Of a stretch of DNA of 64,000 nt, positions 25,121-37,990 are shown piece after piece. The stretch comes from Azolla caroliniana. Its lineage: Eukaryota; Plantae; Polypodiophyta. The notes beneath the pieces were generated by a model, which was not told the DNA's origin, ran no database searches, and saw nothing but the letters and a program-made list of their open reading frames with translations. Position 1 is the first letter of the stretch; each line of letters begins with the position of its first letter. The position numbers and the translations under genes are program-made. The stretch covers positions 21,824,001 to 21,888,000 of the forward strand of contig JBHGNT010000004.1 in NCBI GenBank assembly GCA_043228905.1. Reading direction: 5' to 3'.

Positions 25121-25639
25121 GGATTTTAGGAGAGGGGTATAGTGAGGATGTGGGATCAAAGTTGGGAGTGGGGGGCAAGGGTGTGCTATGTGCATATGTG
25201 CACATTTAAGGGAGAAAAAGATAGTGGGATGTAAGTTTTAAGGTTTTTTAAGGATAGGGAAAAGGGAGTGAGAGGGTATGGGAAAGAGTGTAGGGAGAAG
25301 TGAGAGAGAGGGGTAAGGGATGTGCATATGTGCACACGTGCATGTGCATGTTTAAGGAAGGAGGGGTAAAGTTGTTATAAGCTAGAGAAAAGGGAATGGT
25401 GATGTGGGCACACGTGTGGGGTTAAAAAGTAAGAGAGAGGGGAAGGTATGGGTTAAAAAGGAAGAGAGAAGGGGAAGGTAGAGTTTTAAGAGAGATGAGG
25501 GGTAGGGATAGGGATAAAGTATGGGTTTAGATGAGGGGAGGGCTGGAAATGAAAATATAAAAAGTAGGGGAGGGTATTTTCAAAAGTGAGGGTAGGGGTA
25601 GGGTGGGTAGGAGGGTATTAACCTAAAGGGTAATGGGAG

Positions 25640-25916
25640 GGGTAATGTGGAAATTAGGGAAAATTGAGGGGAAGGATAGGGTAGTAATATTGAAAAGTCG
25701 AGGGAAGGGTAGGATGGTAATTTTGAAAAGTCGAGGGAAGGGTAGGATGGTAATTTAGAAAAGTCGAGGGAAGGGTAGGGTAGTAATTTTGAAAAGTTGA
25801 GAGAGGGATACGGTGGTAATTTTGAAAAGTCGAGGGAAGGGTAGGGTGGTGATTAGGGAAAAGTGAGGGGAAGGGTAGGGTAGTAATTTTGAGAGGTAGA
25901 GAGAGGGGTACGGTGG
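25640..25916. repeat. G-rich ~33-bp tandem repeat (about 8 diverged copies)
   Basis: Unit about GTAATTTTGAAAAGTCGAGGGAAGGGTAGGATG. Confidence 0.8.
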
Positions 25917-26482
25917 AGATTGTTCGTCAGCACTGTTCTTCTCCCTTCCCATCCGGAGGGACCTGTCTCCCAACAAATAGGACTCTGTACTTAAGTGGGA
26001 TATTCTAGATCCTCCACTCCTTAGTACATTTAATGTAGGACTTACACATAAGTACCTATGTTCTACCCACACATGTGCACCTTTGCACATGGGTTGTATA
26101 TATACCTCATTGTGGGTATTTTTGTAGTTGATGACACTTTTCAATATAGTCAATCATCCCCCATTTATCTTTGTGTTCAAGTGTAACTTCCTCTCTCTCA
26201 CTCTCTCAGACAATCTCACGCGCATATCATACTAAACTTCCCCTGCTTAACGTAACCATATAATTAGTCTCTAATTAACCCTAGTTAATTACCTAATTAC
26301 TTAACATGGTATCAGAGCGCGTGGTTTAGGAAATCCACTAAGCCCACCGCTTATTCGTGATTGAGTGTTCGAGACGCCAACGACAAATCCCGGCTATTCG
26401 CTATCCGCTACCGTAGTGCCGCTACGAAGGACGTGTACGCGACCAAGAGAAGAAAAACAAAACGGAAGACACAACAATCAAC

Positions 26483-29174
26483 ATGAACAAACAAATGGGA
26501 AGCTCGCTCCCTAGCGAAAAGCTAGATCGAAGCAACTATTCATCTTGGGAGTACAAGATGAATCAATACCTTGTCGGCCAAGGGTATTGGAGCTACATCA
26601 ATGGCGCACAAGAAAACAAACCCGAAACCACACACGCCAACTACCCAACGTGGGAGCAAGGCGCGAGTCGGGTAATGTATTGCTTGGCAACATGTGTAAA
26701 CGACCACATGCTTAGCCACATTCGTGACGCCAAGACGCCCAAAGAGGCATGGGAAAATCTCAAGAAGATTTTCGCCGTGGACACATCCTCGCGCAAGCTT
26801 CAACTCCAGCAAGAGTTGAACAACATACGACAAAAAGAAATGTCCGTGACGGACTACACCGCCAAGATCAAGAGCATTTGCGACTCTCTTGGCTCCATCA
26901 ACGTCAACATCGACGAGGACGAGATGGTGCAAGTATGCTTGGGCGGCCTCGCACAACGATTCAACCCGTTGAGAACGGCAATCTTGGCAAGAGATACCCC
27001 TCCCTCATTCTTCAACCTCCAATCAATGCTATTGGTCGAAGAAAGCCACGTTCAACCAAAGACCAACACATCGGAAGGACAAATGCTCTTCTCCGATACG
27101 GATGGTGCCCATAGACGAGGTCGACACGGAAAAGGTCAATTCGACCTATCCCATGAAGGGAATTCACAATTTCGGCAAGGAAACGGAAGCCATCGAGGAA
27201 CCTTCACAAGAAGGGGGAGCTTCCACGCCGGACAAGGTCAGCGAACGACACCACCTACGTGCAACTATTGCGGCAAAATCGGCCATCGGGAAGAGGAGTG
27301 CCAAAAAAGACGAAGCGAGTTGGCCTCAACAAGCCGGCAACTCACAAATTACGCCGTGAACGCGGAATACGCGAACTACGGTGGACTCTTCGTGATGAGG
27401 CATAGAGCGAACTCTATGATGGCCTCCGATCCCGCAAACTCCGCAAGCACCTCCAACTCCGAACACGCTTGGTTCGTAGACTCCGGCGCCTCGCACCACA
27501 TGACGTCGCACCAAGAGTGGTTTTGCGACTTGCGAACGCCGGATCGACACGGCTACATAGAGACCAGAGACGACACTCCGCATCCCATTCGGGAAAGAAG
27601 GCGAGCAAACTTGCATCAAGAATGTCTTGCATGTGCCCACAATAACAAAGAATTTGGTCTCGGTCGGCCAAATCGTGGAGCAAGGCATGCAAGTCCGCTT
27701 CAACAATGAAGGTTGCTTCATCGAGAAAGACGACCGACTCATAGCCAAGGGACGGAGAGACGGTCGCTTGTTCATCCTCGACTCAAATGAGGTAAAATCA
27801 GCCATGTACGCCAAAGGTCTCAAGACCGAGACAAACATCGAGTTGTGGCACAAACGAATCGGCCACGTAAACCTCCAACGGCTTCGTGGAATGCAATCAA
27901 AGTGAGTCGTAATCGGACTTCCGGCCTTCGAATCGAAACGAGTCGACCGAGTGTGCGAAGCATGCCAACTTGGCAAACAACATCGACTCTCATTCCCGAA
28001 GGAGAGCTCTGCAAGCAAAGGTCTCCTTGACATAATCCACTCGGATGTATGGGGACCGGCTCAAACGCTGACGCTCGGCGGATGCTGCTACTACATCACC
28101 TTCATCGACGACCACATGCGCTACGCGTGGATATACCTGATGAAGAAGAAGAGCGAAGAACGGAGTAGGCGAGAGAAAGAATCGGCAAATACTCGAGGTA
28201 GCACGCGCCATGATGCGTGAGAAGCACATGCCGAACTTCTATTGGGCGGAAGCGGCATCCACGGCCATCTATCTCATGAATCGATGCACCACAAATAGCG
28301 TGCACGAGCTTACTCCATACGAGATCTTCGTTGGAAGGAAGCCCATCCTCTCGCACCTCAAGGTGTTCGGAAGCATTGCGAATGTACGCATCCCGAACGA
28401 AAATCAAGAGAAGCCCGACGCAAAGTCGGAAGAATGTATCCTCATAGGATACTTGTCCGCGAAGAAGGCATACAAGTGCTTCAACCCTTTGACCCGAGCG
28501 GTGCGGATAAGTCGCGACGTCGTTTTCGACGAATCGGCATTTTGGTATAAGCCCGATTCGACTCCATCCGACCCGATCGAGGAAGAGTTGAACGCCACTC
28601 GGACGATGAAACTCGGCCAAGTCCTCCATCGAAGGACAATCCAAGCTCTACCGAGCTAATTGGCCCACAAGAGCCTCCACGCGATGAAAACACGTCACGG
28701 CCAAGTCCGACATCGGACAAAGGCAAAGGTAAGATGCCCGAATACGAAGTCGAGGTCCACCCCGACGACTGTGATTCGGATGATTCGGCTCGCTCACTAG
28801 ACGATGAGTTCGGTGTACCCATCATGAGGACACCCGGAGTAAAGAAGGCACTTACATCGACAAACGAGAAACTCCGCCGCTCATCACGAGCGAAGACCCA
28901 AGTCACTCGTTACGCCTACAACGAGTATATGGCCCATCACTATGCCCTCGCGATGAAGGTAGTGGCCGAACAAGAGCCCGAGGATCCAAGCCTTCGTCAT
29001 AGGCTTGAGGTGGAGAACAAAGCTGTAGAGAGCCGCGCAACGAAGCCGCGAAGACGCGAGGAAAGTCGTGCAACACCGCGAAGAAAGCCGCAAGCCGCAC
29101 CGATGCCGACGAAACCGAAGGAAGCTAAACCGGACGTTGGACGCCTCACACTTGAGCTTGAGGGGGCATGTTGA
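26483..29174 (+). pseudogene. gag-pol: C4 gag-PR-INT, frameshifted; RT and RH missing
   Basis: KLDRSNYSSWEYKM, CNYCGKIGH, WFVDSGASHH, LWHKRIGH, HSDVWGP, YWAEAASTA. Jumps from EQEPE to the 3' tail. Confidence 0.88.
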
Positions 29175-32100
29175 GATATCAAGCTCAACTAGTTTAATCT
29201 AGTTAGTCAACACATGTAACTTAGTAGTTACCTAGATCAAATCTAATTAATGTGTTGACCTTAAGCCTTTAAATAGGACCTTGTACTTAAGTGGGATAGT
29301 CTAGATCCTCCTCCTTAGTACATTTAATGTAGGACTTACACATAAGTACCTATGTTCGACCCACACATGTGCACCTTTGCACATGGGTTGTATATATACC
29401 TCATTGTGGGTATTTTTGTAGTTGATGACACTTTTCAATATAGACCATCATCCCCCATTTATCTTTGTGTTCAAGTGTAACTTCCTCTCTCTCTCACACA
29501 CACTCTCATGCGCATATCATACTAATCTTCCATTGCTTAACGTAATCATATAATTAGTCTCTAATTAACCCTAGTTAATTACCTAATTACTTAACACATC
29601 CTATAGAGCCGGAGATCACGGTTGTGTCCGGATGGGAAAGGAAATGAAGGTGCATGTCAAATTGTCGGCATAGGAGATGTGTGGTTGACGACGTCAACTG
29701 GGTGCAGATTGCTGTTGAAGGATGTCCGACACATTCTGGAGGTTCAATTGTGTTGGCATAAAAGGCCTACTCCTTCCACTTTGTATCTGAGTGTGAACTT
29801 GTCCAAAGAGTTAGGGCTTCGTATATAGGCGATAACCCAACATTGTAAAGAGAGACCTCTAGATCATTCTTGTAAAGTGTCTCTAAGAGAGAGAGAGAGA
29901 GAGAGAGAGAACGTAATAAGAAATCTTCCATTAAAGCTGAAACCACATATATCTTCTGTTTATTCTCTTGCCTTCCTTCTGTGTTGTTTGCTGAGGAAAT
30001 ACAACTGATCCTGACACATACGTTTCTGCACATATTCAATCTTCAACTGGTATCAAAACGACTTGCTGCTTGGTGGCAACAAACAACAGAAAAGCTGAAA
30101 AGAAAAAGACCAGTTAAGTAAAATCTCACTTTTGAAAAAGAACATGGCTTCAATATCTGGAACAGGGATTGAAATCAGAAAATTCAATGGTAAAATCTTT
30201 GAACTATGGAAGGAGATGATGCAGGATATGTTGATCAAAAGAAGACATGTTGAAGCCATTCGACACAGTGAAAAACCCACATCAATGACATCCGAAGAGT
30301 GGATATCTGCAGACGAAATCGCACGCTCCACCATCCGAATTCATCTAGCCGAAATGTCTACTTCAGCATGGCAAAAGAGATGACATCGTTCTCATTGTGG
30401 GAGAAGCTACAAGCCGAGTACGAGAAAAAGTCCTCATCTTCAAAATTGATTTTTATCAAACAACTGTTCAACATGAAGATGAGAGAGACCAATCCGACTA
30501 CCTCCCACATCAACACCTTGAGCCGGGTGTTGTCAGAACTCTCCTCACAAGGGATCAACTTCACAGAAGAAGTGAAAGCCCTTGCCCTCCTATCGAGCTT
30601 GCCAACGAGTTGGGAGGTATTCTGCATGAGATATGTCAATAGCTGACTGATCCTAAATATGGATAAGACGATCGGCCAAGTCCTAACTGAGGACATTCGG
30701 CAAAAATCGAGTCGGCAGAAACCCATCACTCGACCGGGTCGATCGACCGATTGATTCGATCGAGAGAACAAGCCGATAGAATCGGTTGGAACAACAACCG
30801 ATCAAGAACGAGGGGGGACCGATAGTGGTCGAAGTCGAAAACAGGCCGATCAAGCAAATTTTACACACACTATAGAAAAGCTGGCCACAATGTTTCCGAT
30901 TGCTGGTCAATCAAGAGGAAAGAGAGTGGTCGGCGATCCGAGCGAAATTGAGGACAACCCAACTCGGACCACTCTCAAGTCAGCAGCCAAATCAATGTTG
31001 CCAACACTCGATCATGAGAAATTCTCTCCTTAGAGGATTCAAGAATCGGAGAAGCCCTCTACAATGCACAAGAGGCACACATGTGGCTATTGGATTCCGG
31101 TGCCACATTTCACGTGACCCCAAACATCGAGTGGTTTTCAAACTATTTGGTCGGTGCCCGCGGCACAATCTGACTAGGCAACGGGTAGGAGTGTAGAATC
31201 GCAGGGACCAGAGAGGTTCCCATCTGATTGCATAATGGCAACATGATCACCCTGCACCAAGTTCGGCATGTACCAGATCTAAAGAGGAGTCTAGTCTCTA
31301 TCGACATGTTAGTTGAAAACGGGTACCAAACAACTCTTAGTGAGTCAACATGGATGATCAGCCATGGAAATCTCAAAATCGGGAGCGTGCACAAGTACAA
31401 TAACTTGTACCCATTAATGGTGATCAATCTAGAAGGGTCCGTGAACATAGCCGAAAAGACTGACCCAAACTTATGGTATGGACGACTTGGTCATATGTCT
31501 CAAGCCAGACTCGATCAGCTGATGGCGGTTAGCTACATGCCTAAACTCCAAGCAAAGATTGACTTCTGTGAGCACTGTCGATATGGGAAACAGACCTGAA
31601 GTCTGCACTCTCTCCACTATGAGACAGTACGACAACCCCTAGAGCTCGTGCACACAAATATATGTGGGGCTATGCCAAAGCGATCATTGGGAGGCTCCCA
31701 ATACTTCATCACTTTTGTAGATGATTGTACACGGAAGGTCTGGGCCTATTCCATCAGATCCAAAGATGAAGCGTTTGAGGTCTTCTCTCCGTGGATGAAG
31801 TGGAGAACCGGTCAGGATACAGAGTGAAGACACTCTGATCCGACTACGGAGGAGAATACACCTCCCGAGCCTTCAAACAATACCTGTCTGACAAAGGGAT
31901 TCGACATCAAAAGACCGTTCCTTACACACCCATGCAGAATGGATCATCCGAACGATCCAGGAGAGGGTGACAACAATGCTCCAAGAAGCCGGACTAAAGT
32001 TGGAGTTTTGGGCCGAGGCATTGCAAACGGCAGTTACATATCTGGTAAATCTTTCACCATCGAAAGCAATCAGGCTTCAAGTGCCACAAACATTATGGTC

Positions 32101-32808
32101 GGACAAACAACCCACCTATGATGGGCTCCGTATATTCAGATGTGAAGCCTACGCTGTCGTGAAGAAAACCGTCCACAAGCGGAATCGGTGCACCGAAGCG
32201 TAGGAACCGGCTCTTCATACACGTGCGCCTTATGTTGTACATAGAAGATCCTCGGTAGGTAGGAAGTTAATAGGAAACGGCTCCTTCCTTGCCTATAAAA
32301 GGAGGGAGACAAGGAGGGGAGGGGGGATCACGAAGTAAGGGAGGACGAAGTTCTGTCGGATTGTGGGCCGAAGGCTTCTCTCTTCCAAACTCCATAGCTT
32401 CTTTCTGTGCAAGTTTCGGGAGGCTTGCGCTGCTCTGAGGAATGCCCGAGTGCTTCCGGCAGCACCTCCAACCTACTTCTTCCTTTCTGTACATTTACGA
32501 GCAGGCATCGGCATCTGTTCGCCGGCCTGTTCGGTTGTAACCGACTTCGTGCTTGTTGTTTTTCTTGTTTATATTTATTTCTACATACATTCGTGTCTCT
32601 CTGTGTCGTTGTCGCACTCGCGTCTCTGTGTCGAAGGGCCGTGTCCCTGTGAATCTACGCTCGCACCTTGTGGGTCTCTTCCCCTCCCCTTTTCTCTCTT
32701 GCTCTTCGGTACAGGACCCCCGAGGTCCCGCCTCATTCCACACATCCGCGAGGGATACCTCGACATCTTGGTGAACCCGACGTGAAGAAGGCGGCAGAAG
32801 TGCAGAAG

Positions 32809-34935
32809 ATGAAGGGGTCGGATCTTGCAGAGGCCATGGCTTCGGCCGTGGATCGGATATTGAGTGCACGCGAGGGCACCGGCGCCCTCGACAGAGCCAT
32901 TGAGGCGGTCGTCGGTACGATCAGCCGGTTTAGCGGAAAGGATGCCACGAAGTATTTGGCGTCCTACGGGGCAGAAATGCTGATGCGGGACATTCCGGAA
33001 GAGAGGCGTCTTGCCGGGTTTCCTCGAGTGGCGATGCCGAGCATCCATGCGGAGGTGCTCGAGGTGCGGGCGGAGAGCCGTACCTGGGAGGAGTTCGAAG
33101 GCCGACTCCTAGAAAAATACGGGCTGGACAACGCGCTCCGGCTTTCGAAACGAGACTTCATGGAATGGGTGGAGTCCCCCGGCAAGGGAAGAAACGCGTC
33201 GGCACTCCTCTGGGAGTTTGACGAACGCTTTGCGTGCCTTTCGGCGCTTGACCGTACCGTTCTGGATACGAGCCGGGTCCTACTGTTCGTCAAGTCGGTG
33301 GACGAGCGGGACCGGGATCAAGTCGGCTCCTTGCTGGAAACCGAAGACGGGCTGACGACCGACTGGGCTGCGGTTAAGAGAGTCTGTGGCCGTTTCGACA
33401 AACGGCGAGAATGGGTTGATGACGGGGCAGCCGGTGCGGGCTCTGTCACAGCAAGGAGGCTTGAACCGGCGCCGCAAGGGCAAAGGGAAGAGGCCCGGGA
33501 GTGGCTCGAAACCGGTTCGGCTTCGACCGGCATGGTCAATGGCTCATCCGGAGGAGCAGCGCTGGAGGAGTTGACGCGAGCGATAAAGGATCTCCAGATC
33601 GCCCAGACTCGAAGGGAAGGCGGCGAACCGGCTCATGACCGACGGCCGGTAGTAGGGAACAGGTGCATGTGGTGCGACGAGGTCGGCCACGTCCGAAAGG
33701 ACTGCGGCGATTTCGCAGAAGCGTTGAGGAATCGGGTGGTGTACCTGTGGGAAGGCCGGGTGCACGTCGGTGACACCAGAAGGGCCCTAAACCGAAACGA
33801 CGGGCGAGGAGGTATGAAGAGACTGATGGAAGAGGCAGCGGCCAGACACGTGGAGGCCATCCACTACTCGGCGTCGGCCGGTATTCGGGTCGGGGGCAGC
33901 GAGGCCCGAAAGGAGAGCAAGGACGGGTTCTGGTCGGCAATGCTGGAAGGCCTTGCCGGCGCACGGCTAAAGAAAGATGAAACGGACCGCGCTGAGAGAC
34001 GGGTCCGGGAAATAACCGGGTGGAGCGATCCGGTCGAGGAGAAGACAGGCTTCGTAGAAGCCGCCTGCCGGAACTACGAGGCTCTGGTAGAAGACAAATG
34101 AGTGGGGAAAGCCGGAGCGGCCGGGCCCTCACAACGGTACGAGACCCGATTCGGGCAACGACGGAACGATGCCGGTGGGTCCAGCGCGCAAGATAACCCC
34201 AAGAAGGGCGGATACCGATTGGGGACGGAAATAGAAAGGACCACGGACCTACGAAAGGTCCTAGAAGAACGGATCCTCGACAGCAAAGTGGAGTTATCAT
34301 TGCGAGAGGTGCTAGGGATCGGAAAGAAGGAGTTCCACGACTCCATTGTGGACCTGGTGAAACGGAAGAAGCTGTCGACGGAGACGGAACCGGAAAGACC
34401 GGTGGAGGTGCGGACGACGCACATCGACGACATGGCGCTGGAAGATGAGTGGGCGGAGAGCCACTATTCAAGGCCGCACTGGGCCCGAGCGACCACGGAG
34501 ACCCCGGTAAAGATCGGAGATGTTCAGGAACCGGTGGTGGCATTGGTGGACCACGGTTCGGAAATAAACCTGATGTCCATGGACTTCTATAAGAAGGGAA
34601 AGTGGCCGATCAACACCAAGCACGGGTGGAAGATACGGGCGGCGACGCGCGCCACCGAGGAACTGCACGGGGCCTGCCCGAACGTGCGAGTCAAGATCGG
34701 CGACGTCGAGATTGACCAGCACTTCTTCGTACAGGAGACGTCCTCGCACCCGGTCATATTAGGGGAACCATACATCACGGCGGCGCGAATGGAGACCAAG
34801 GTGCTGAACAACGGTTCGGCCTACGCGAGGGTCAAAAGCCAGGACGGGCGCCATTTGGTTCAATTTCTGACGGTGCGGCCGAACCACGAGAGAAACTGCG
34901 AATCCCTCGGTGGCGAGAACCGGGAGGATTTTTAG
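32809..34935 (+). pseudogene. gag: G1 Gag-protease; one TGA at 34099-34101
   Basis: SRFSGKDATKYL, CMWCDEVGHVRKDC knuckle, LVDHGSEINLM protease, all in one frame. Confidence 0.88.
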
Positions 34936-37674
34936 AGAGGGTTGCCAAGGCGTGGGGCCGAGACAGCCCGGACACTCGGGAAAGACCCCACGACTGTACG
35001 ATAGAACCGAAACCGAAGGAACCTTGTACGATAGGTAGGAAATTCTGCTTCTCCAACAACGGAGGGTGTATGATAGTCGGCATCGTCGGCCGAGAAAAGA
35101 CAAGGGCGGAAGTGCGACTTCGAGCGTGCGGAGTTCTCGGCCCGGACGAGGAAATCAGCGGAGCCGTGGAGGCGGTCTCCTTCGACGACACCTTGGGAAT
35201 GCTGGGGGAGGTAGCCAGAGAAGACCTTAACGAAGACCGGACGATACCGGTATGTTCCGAAGAGATGTACAAAGTCATCGCGAACTTCAGTCGGGGGCTC
35301 GGGTCGGATCAGACGGCCCGAGTTAGCACGAAGTACAAGACTGTGGACCGGAAGGTAAGGCCTGTCGCGGCACCCTTATCGGAGGGCAGCGAGTCCCGAA
35401 TCAGAGGGGTTGCGTCGGACCCCAGTTTACGAGATCCGGCCTGCATAGGACACACCTTCACTGACGGGACGCTCCGGGAGCTCAAGATCGGTGGGGGCGG
35501 GTTCCTACTGCCGACGGAGGAAGACCGGTTTCGGAGAATGCTCGGAAGGCACGGGAAAGCCTTCGCGTTTTCGCCGGAATAGATCGGGTGCGTAGACCCG
35601 ACGATTGTGGAGCCGATGGTGATATTCACGGTACCACATGTGTCGTGGAATCTCAAGCCGATTCCAGTACCGAGAGCTCACATCCCGAAGTTGATGGAGC
35701 TATTGAGGTAAAAAGTCGATATGGGCATTCTCGAACCGTCGAGTGCCCCATACTCGAACCGATGGTTTACCGTACCAAAGAAAAACGGAACATTGCGCTT
35801 CATTCAGGACCTGCAGCCGGTCAACAGAGTGACCATTCGGAACGCAGGAATCGGACCGACCATAGACGAGTTCGCAGAGGCCTTCGCCGGAAGGTCGATT
35901 TACTCGGTCGGTGATCTGTACTCGGGGTACGACCAGTTCCAGCTAGCCGTGGAGAGCAGAGACATTACGACGATGCGAACTCCCCTCGGCCTGGTGCGAA
36001 TGTGTACCCTGCCACAAGGAGGGACCAACTCGGTAGCCCACATGGTGAATGCAATGAACAAGGTACTGAGGGATTGCATCCTGGACATCACCATGCCGTT
36101 TCTAGACGACATCCCGATCAAGGGGTGCCCGGTGGAGGAGAAGGACGAGACAGTCGGGCCGGACGGATGCCGGCGATTCGTGGCGACACACATCGACGAC
36201 TGCGAGAAGGTGCTACAAAGGCTAGAGGATGCGAGGCTCACCTTCTCCGGGGAGAAATCGGCCTTCGGGCAATCGGAAATCCTGGTGGTCGGACACCTAT
36301 GTGGACCATATGGCCGGAAGCCGTCTCCGTGAAGGTAGAAGCCATCTCCGCGATGAAGACCGACTGTAGCTCGGTTACGGAAGTTCAGAGGTTCCTGGGG
36401 GCATGCGCGTTCTACCACATATGGATCCCGCATTACGCCCACGTTGCGGAGCCGCTATACGGGTTGCTGAAGAAAGGGCGAAAATTCGAGTGGCGAGACG
36501 AGCACACGGAATCGGTCCGGAAGCTAAAGGAAGCTCTTGCGGCAGCACCGGCGCTCCGGAAGGCTGTCTACGAGAAGGGTACCCCGGTATACATAACGGT
36601 GGATACGAGTCCGACCGGGATCGGATGGGTCGTCAACCAAGAAGACAAGGACGGCATTCGGTTCCCGATCCGATTCGGCGCGAAGGTCCTCAGTGAGCGA
36701 CAGCGAGGGTACGCCCAAGTTAAACGCGAACTCTGGGGTATCGTTTCGGTAGTAAAGGCCGACAAAGACTACCTGATCGGGACAGAAGTGATTATCGAGA
36801 CGGATTGCCTGCCAATTCTCGGCATGGTTTCCGGATGCGCGACACCGGACCTGGCGATGCTCAGGTGGATAGCGTACATCAAGTCCCTGGACCCGGAAAT
36901 ACGGCACATTTCCGGAAAGGACAACGCCATGGCCGATATGCTTTCGAGGGCGAGGTTTGATGACGAGGGCGGCATGGTTTCGGAGGACGAAGAAGTCGGC
37001 GTGGACTTCTTCGAGGCAGCGTACGTGACGACTGATGGGACGAGCACTCCGGCACTTAACGACTTCGACGAGAGCAAGTACGACGGCGAGTGGCTCCAGA
37101 TCGGTGGATTTTTTAGGACGATGACACCGGATGCGTCGTGGACGAAGGACGAGGCCAACCGGATCCGGAAGAAAGCTTACCGATTCTTTCTCCGGGACGG
37201 ATACTTATGGAAGCACCCGAAGAAGAGGAACGGCGTCCCGCTCCGGGTGGTGGCGATGAAGGAAGAACAGGAGGAGCTGCTGACGGGCTACCACGACAGC
37301 CCTTGGGCCGGACACCGTGGAACGTGGGCCACGTTCGAGAAGATAAAGGGGAAGTACTGGTGGCCGGGACTGTACCGGGACGTGCATCGGTTCGTGACAA
37401 CTTGCGAGAGCTGTCAGATGCACTCCATGGTCCGGCATCGGGACGAGCTTCACCCTACGTACCCTCCGACCATCCACTTCAAATGGATTGTAGATCTGGT
37501 GACGATGCCGATGGGCGTAGGACAGATGCGGTATCTGGTCCTGGCTCGGGAAGATCTGACGAACCTGGTGGAAGGCCGAGCCCTTTAGATCAAAACGACC
37601 GCGGCCGTATGTCGGTTCCTGATCGAGGACCTGATATGCCGGTATGGGTGCGTCGGGAAGATCGTGGCTGATCG
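34926..37674 (+). pseudogene. pol: G1 pol (RT, RH, INT N-part); continues at 51181-51915
   Basis: DLYSGYDQ, LPQGGTNS, FLDDIPIKG, VDTSPTGIG, HRG...CESCQ. C-part AYNPEANGKVERGH and WFGPY lies after the G2 insertion. Confidence 0.9.
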
Positions 37675-37915
37675 TGTTACCGGCCGGCAAGGAGTCCAAA
37701 ATACGGAGTGAAGGAATTAATTAAGTATGGTTGTAAATAAGCATAGTGTGGACGGACGGACTGGAAACGGTATGCCGTTCCAGATCCGGACGGATCCTGA
37801 ATGGGTGCGATAGGCACCGTTGTCGTAGTGTATTTCGTACACTACGTGAAAAAGTAAAAATAATATAACCGATTTAATTACATATAAATAAATAAAATAA
37901 TATATCAAGATATTT

Positions 37916-37990
37916 ACCACGTGCATAGGGCAGGATTCAAACCCTGTACCTCCACGTAGCCAAACCTCAACTTTACCATTATGCTACCTT
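37916..37990 (-). promoter_or_regulatory. tRNA/SINE-like Pol III box A and box B in the E4 LTR (second copy 40792-40866)
   Basis: Minus strand TAGCATAATGG...GGTTCGAATCC in the 3' LTR; the 5' LTR has GGTTTGAATCC. No full cloverleaf. Confidence 0.6.

Larger units (their letters stand above)
24124..25916 (-). mobile_element. Non-coding insert with hammerhead ribozyme and 5S promoter segment (Penelope-like or retrozyme-like)
   Basis: Absent from the homologous C1 LTRs. No clear TSD; CGGTGG microhomology at the right junction. Contains TATA, hammerhead, (GA)n tracts and a 5S fragment. Boundaries approximate. Confidence 0.7.
21536..25975 (-). mobile_element. C2: Ty1/copia (C1 family), 3' half deleted, inserted in the C4 LTR
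   Basis: 5' LTR 23509-25975, interrupted by a foreign insert. PBS TGGTATCAGAGC 23495-23506. Gag-PR-INT 21536-23478 closely matches C1. Confidence 0.9.
21495..29596 (+). mobile_element. C4: Ty1/copia element, internally deleted (no RT or RH), inserted in C3
   Basis: Perfect TSD CATCC. 5' LTR 21495-21535 plus 25976-26306, 3' LTR 29169-29596. PBS TGGTATCAGAGC 26307-26318. PPT TGAGGGGGCA. Confidence 0.92.

Noticed and set aside
24130-25913. TACGG as TSD of the ribozyme insert
   Set aside because: The left copy belongs to the insert's own repeat (CCTTACGG recurs at 24350) and the right copy to its tandem unit (TACGGTGG at about 25809).
34099-34101. Programmed stop-codon readthrough in G1 gag
   Set aside because: TGA is more simply CGA decay, as with many other stops in this window.
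33536-34543. Long antisense and alternate-frame ORFs, here and throughout the GC-rich elements
   Set aside because: Shadow ORFs of GC-rich gag/pol with no motifs.
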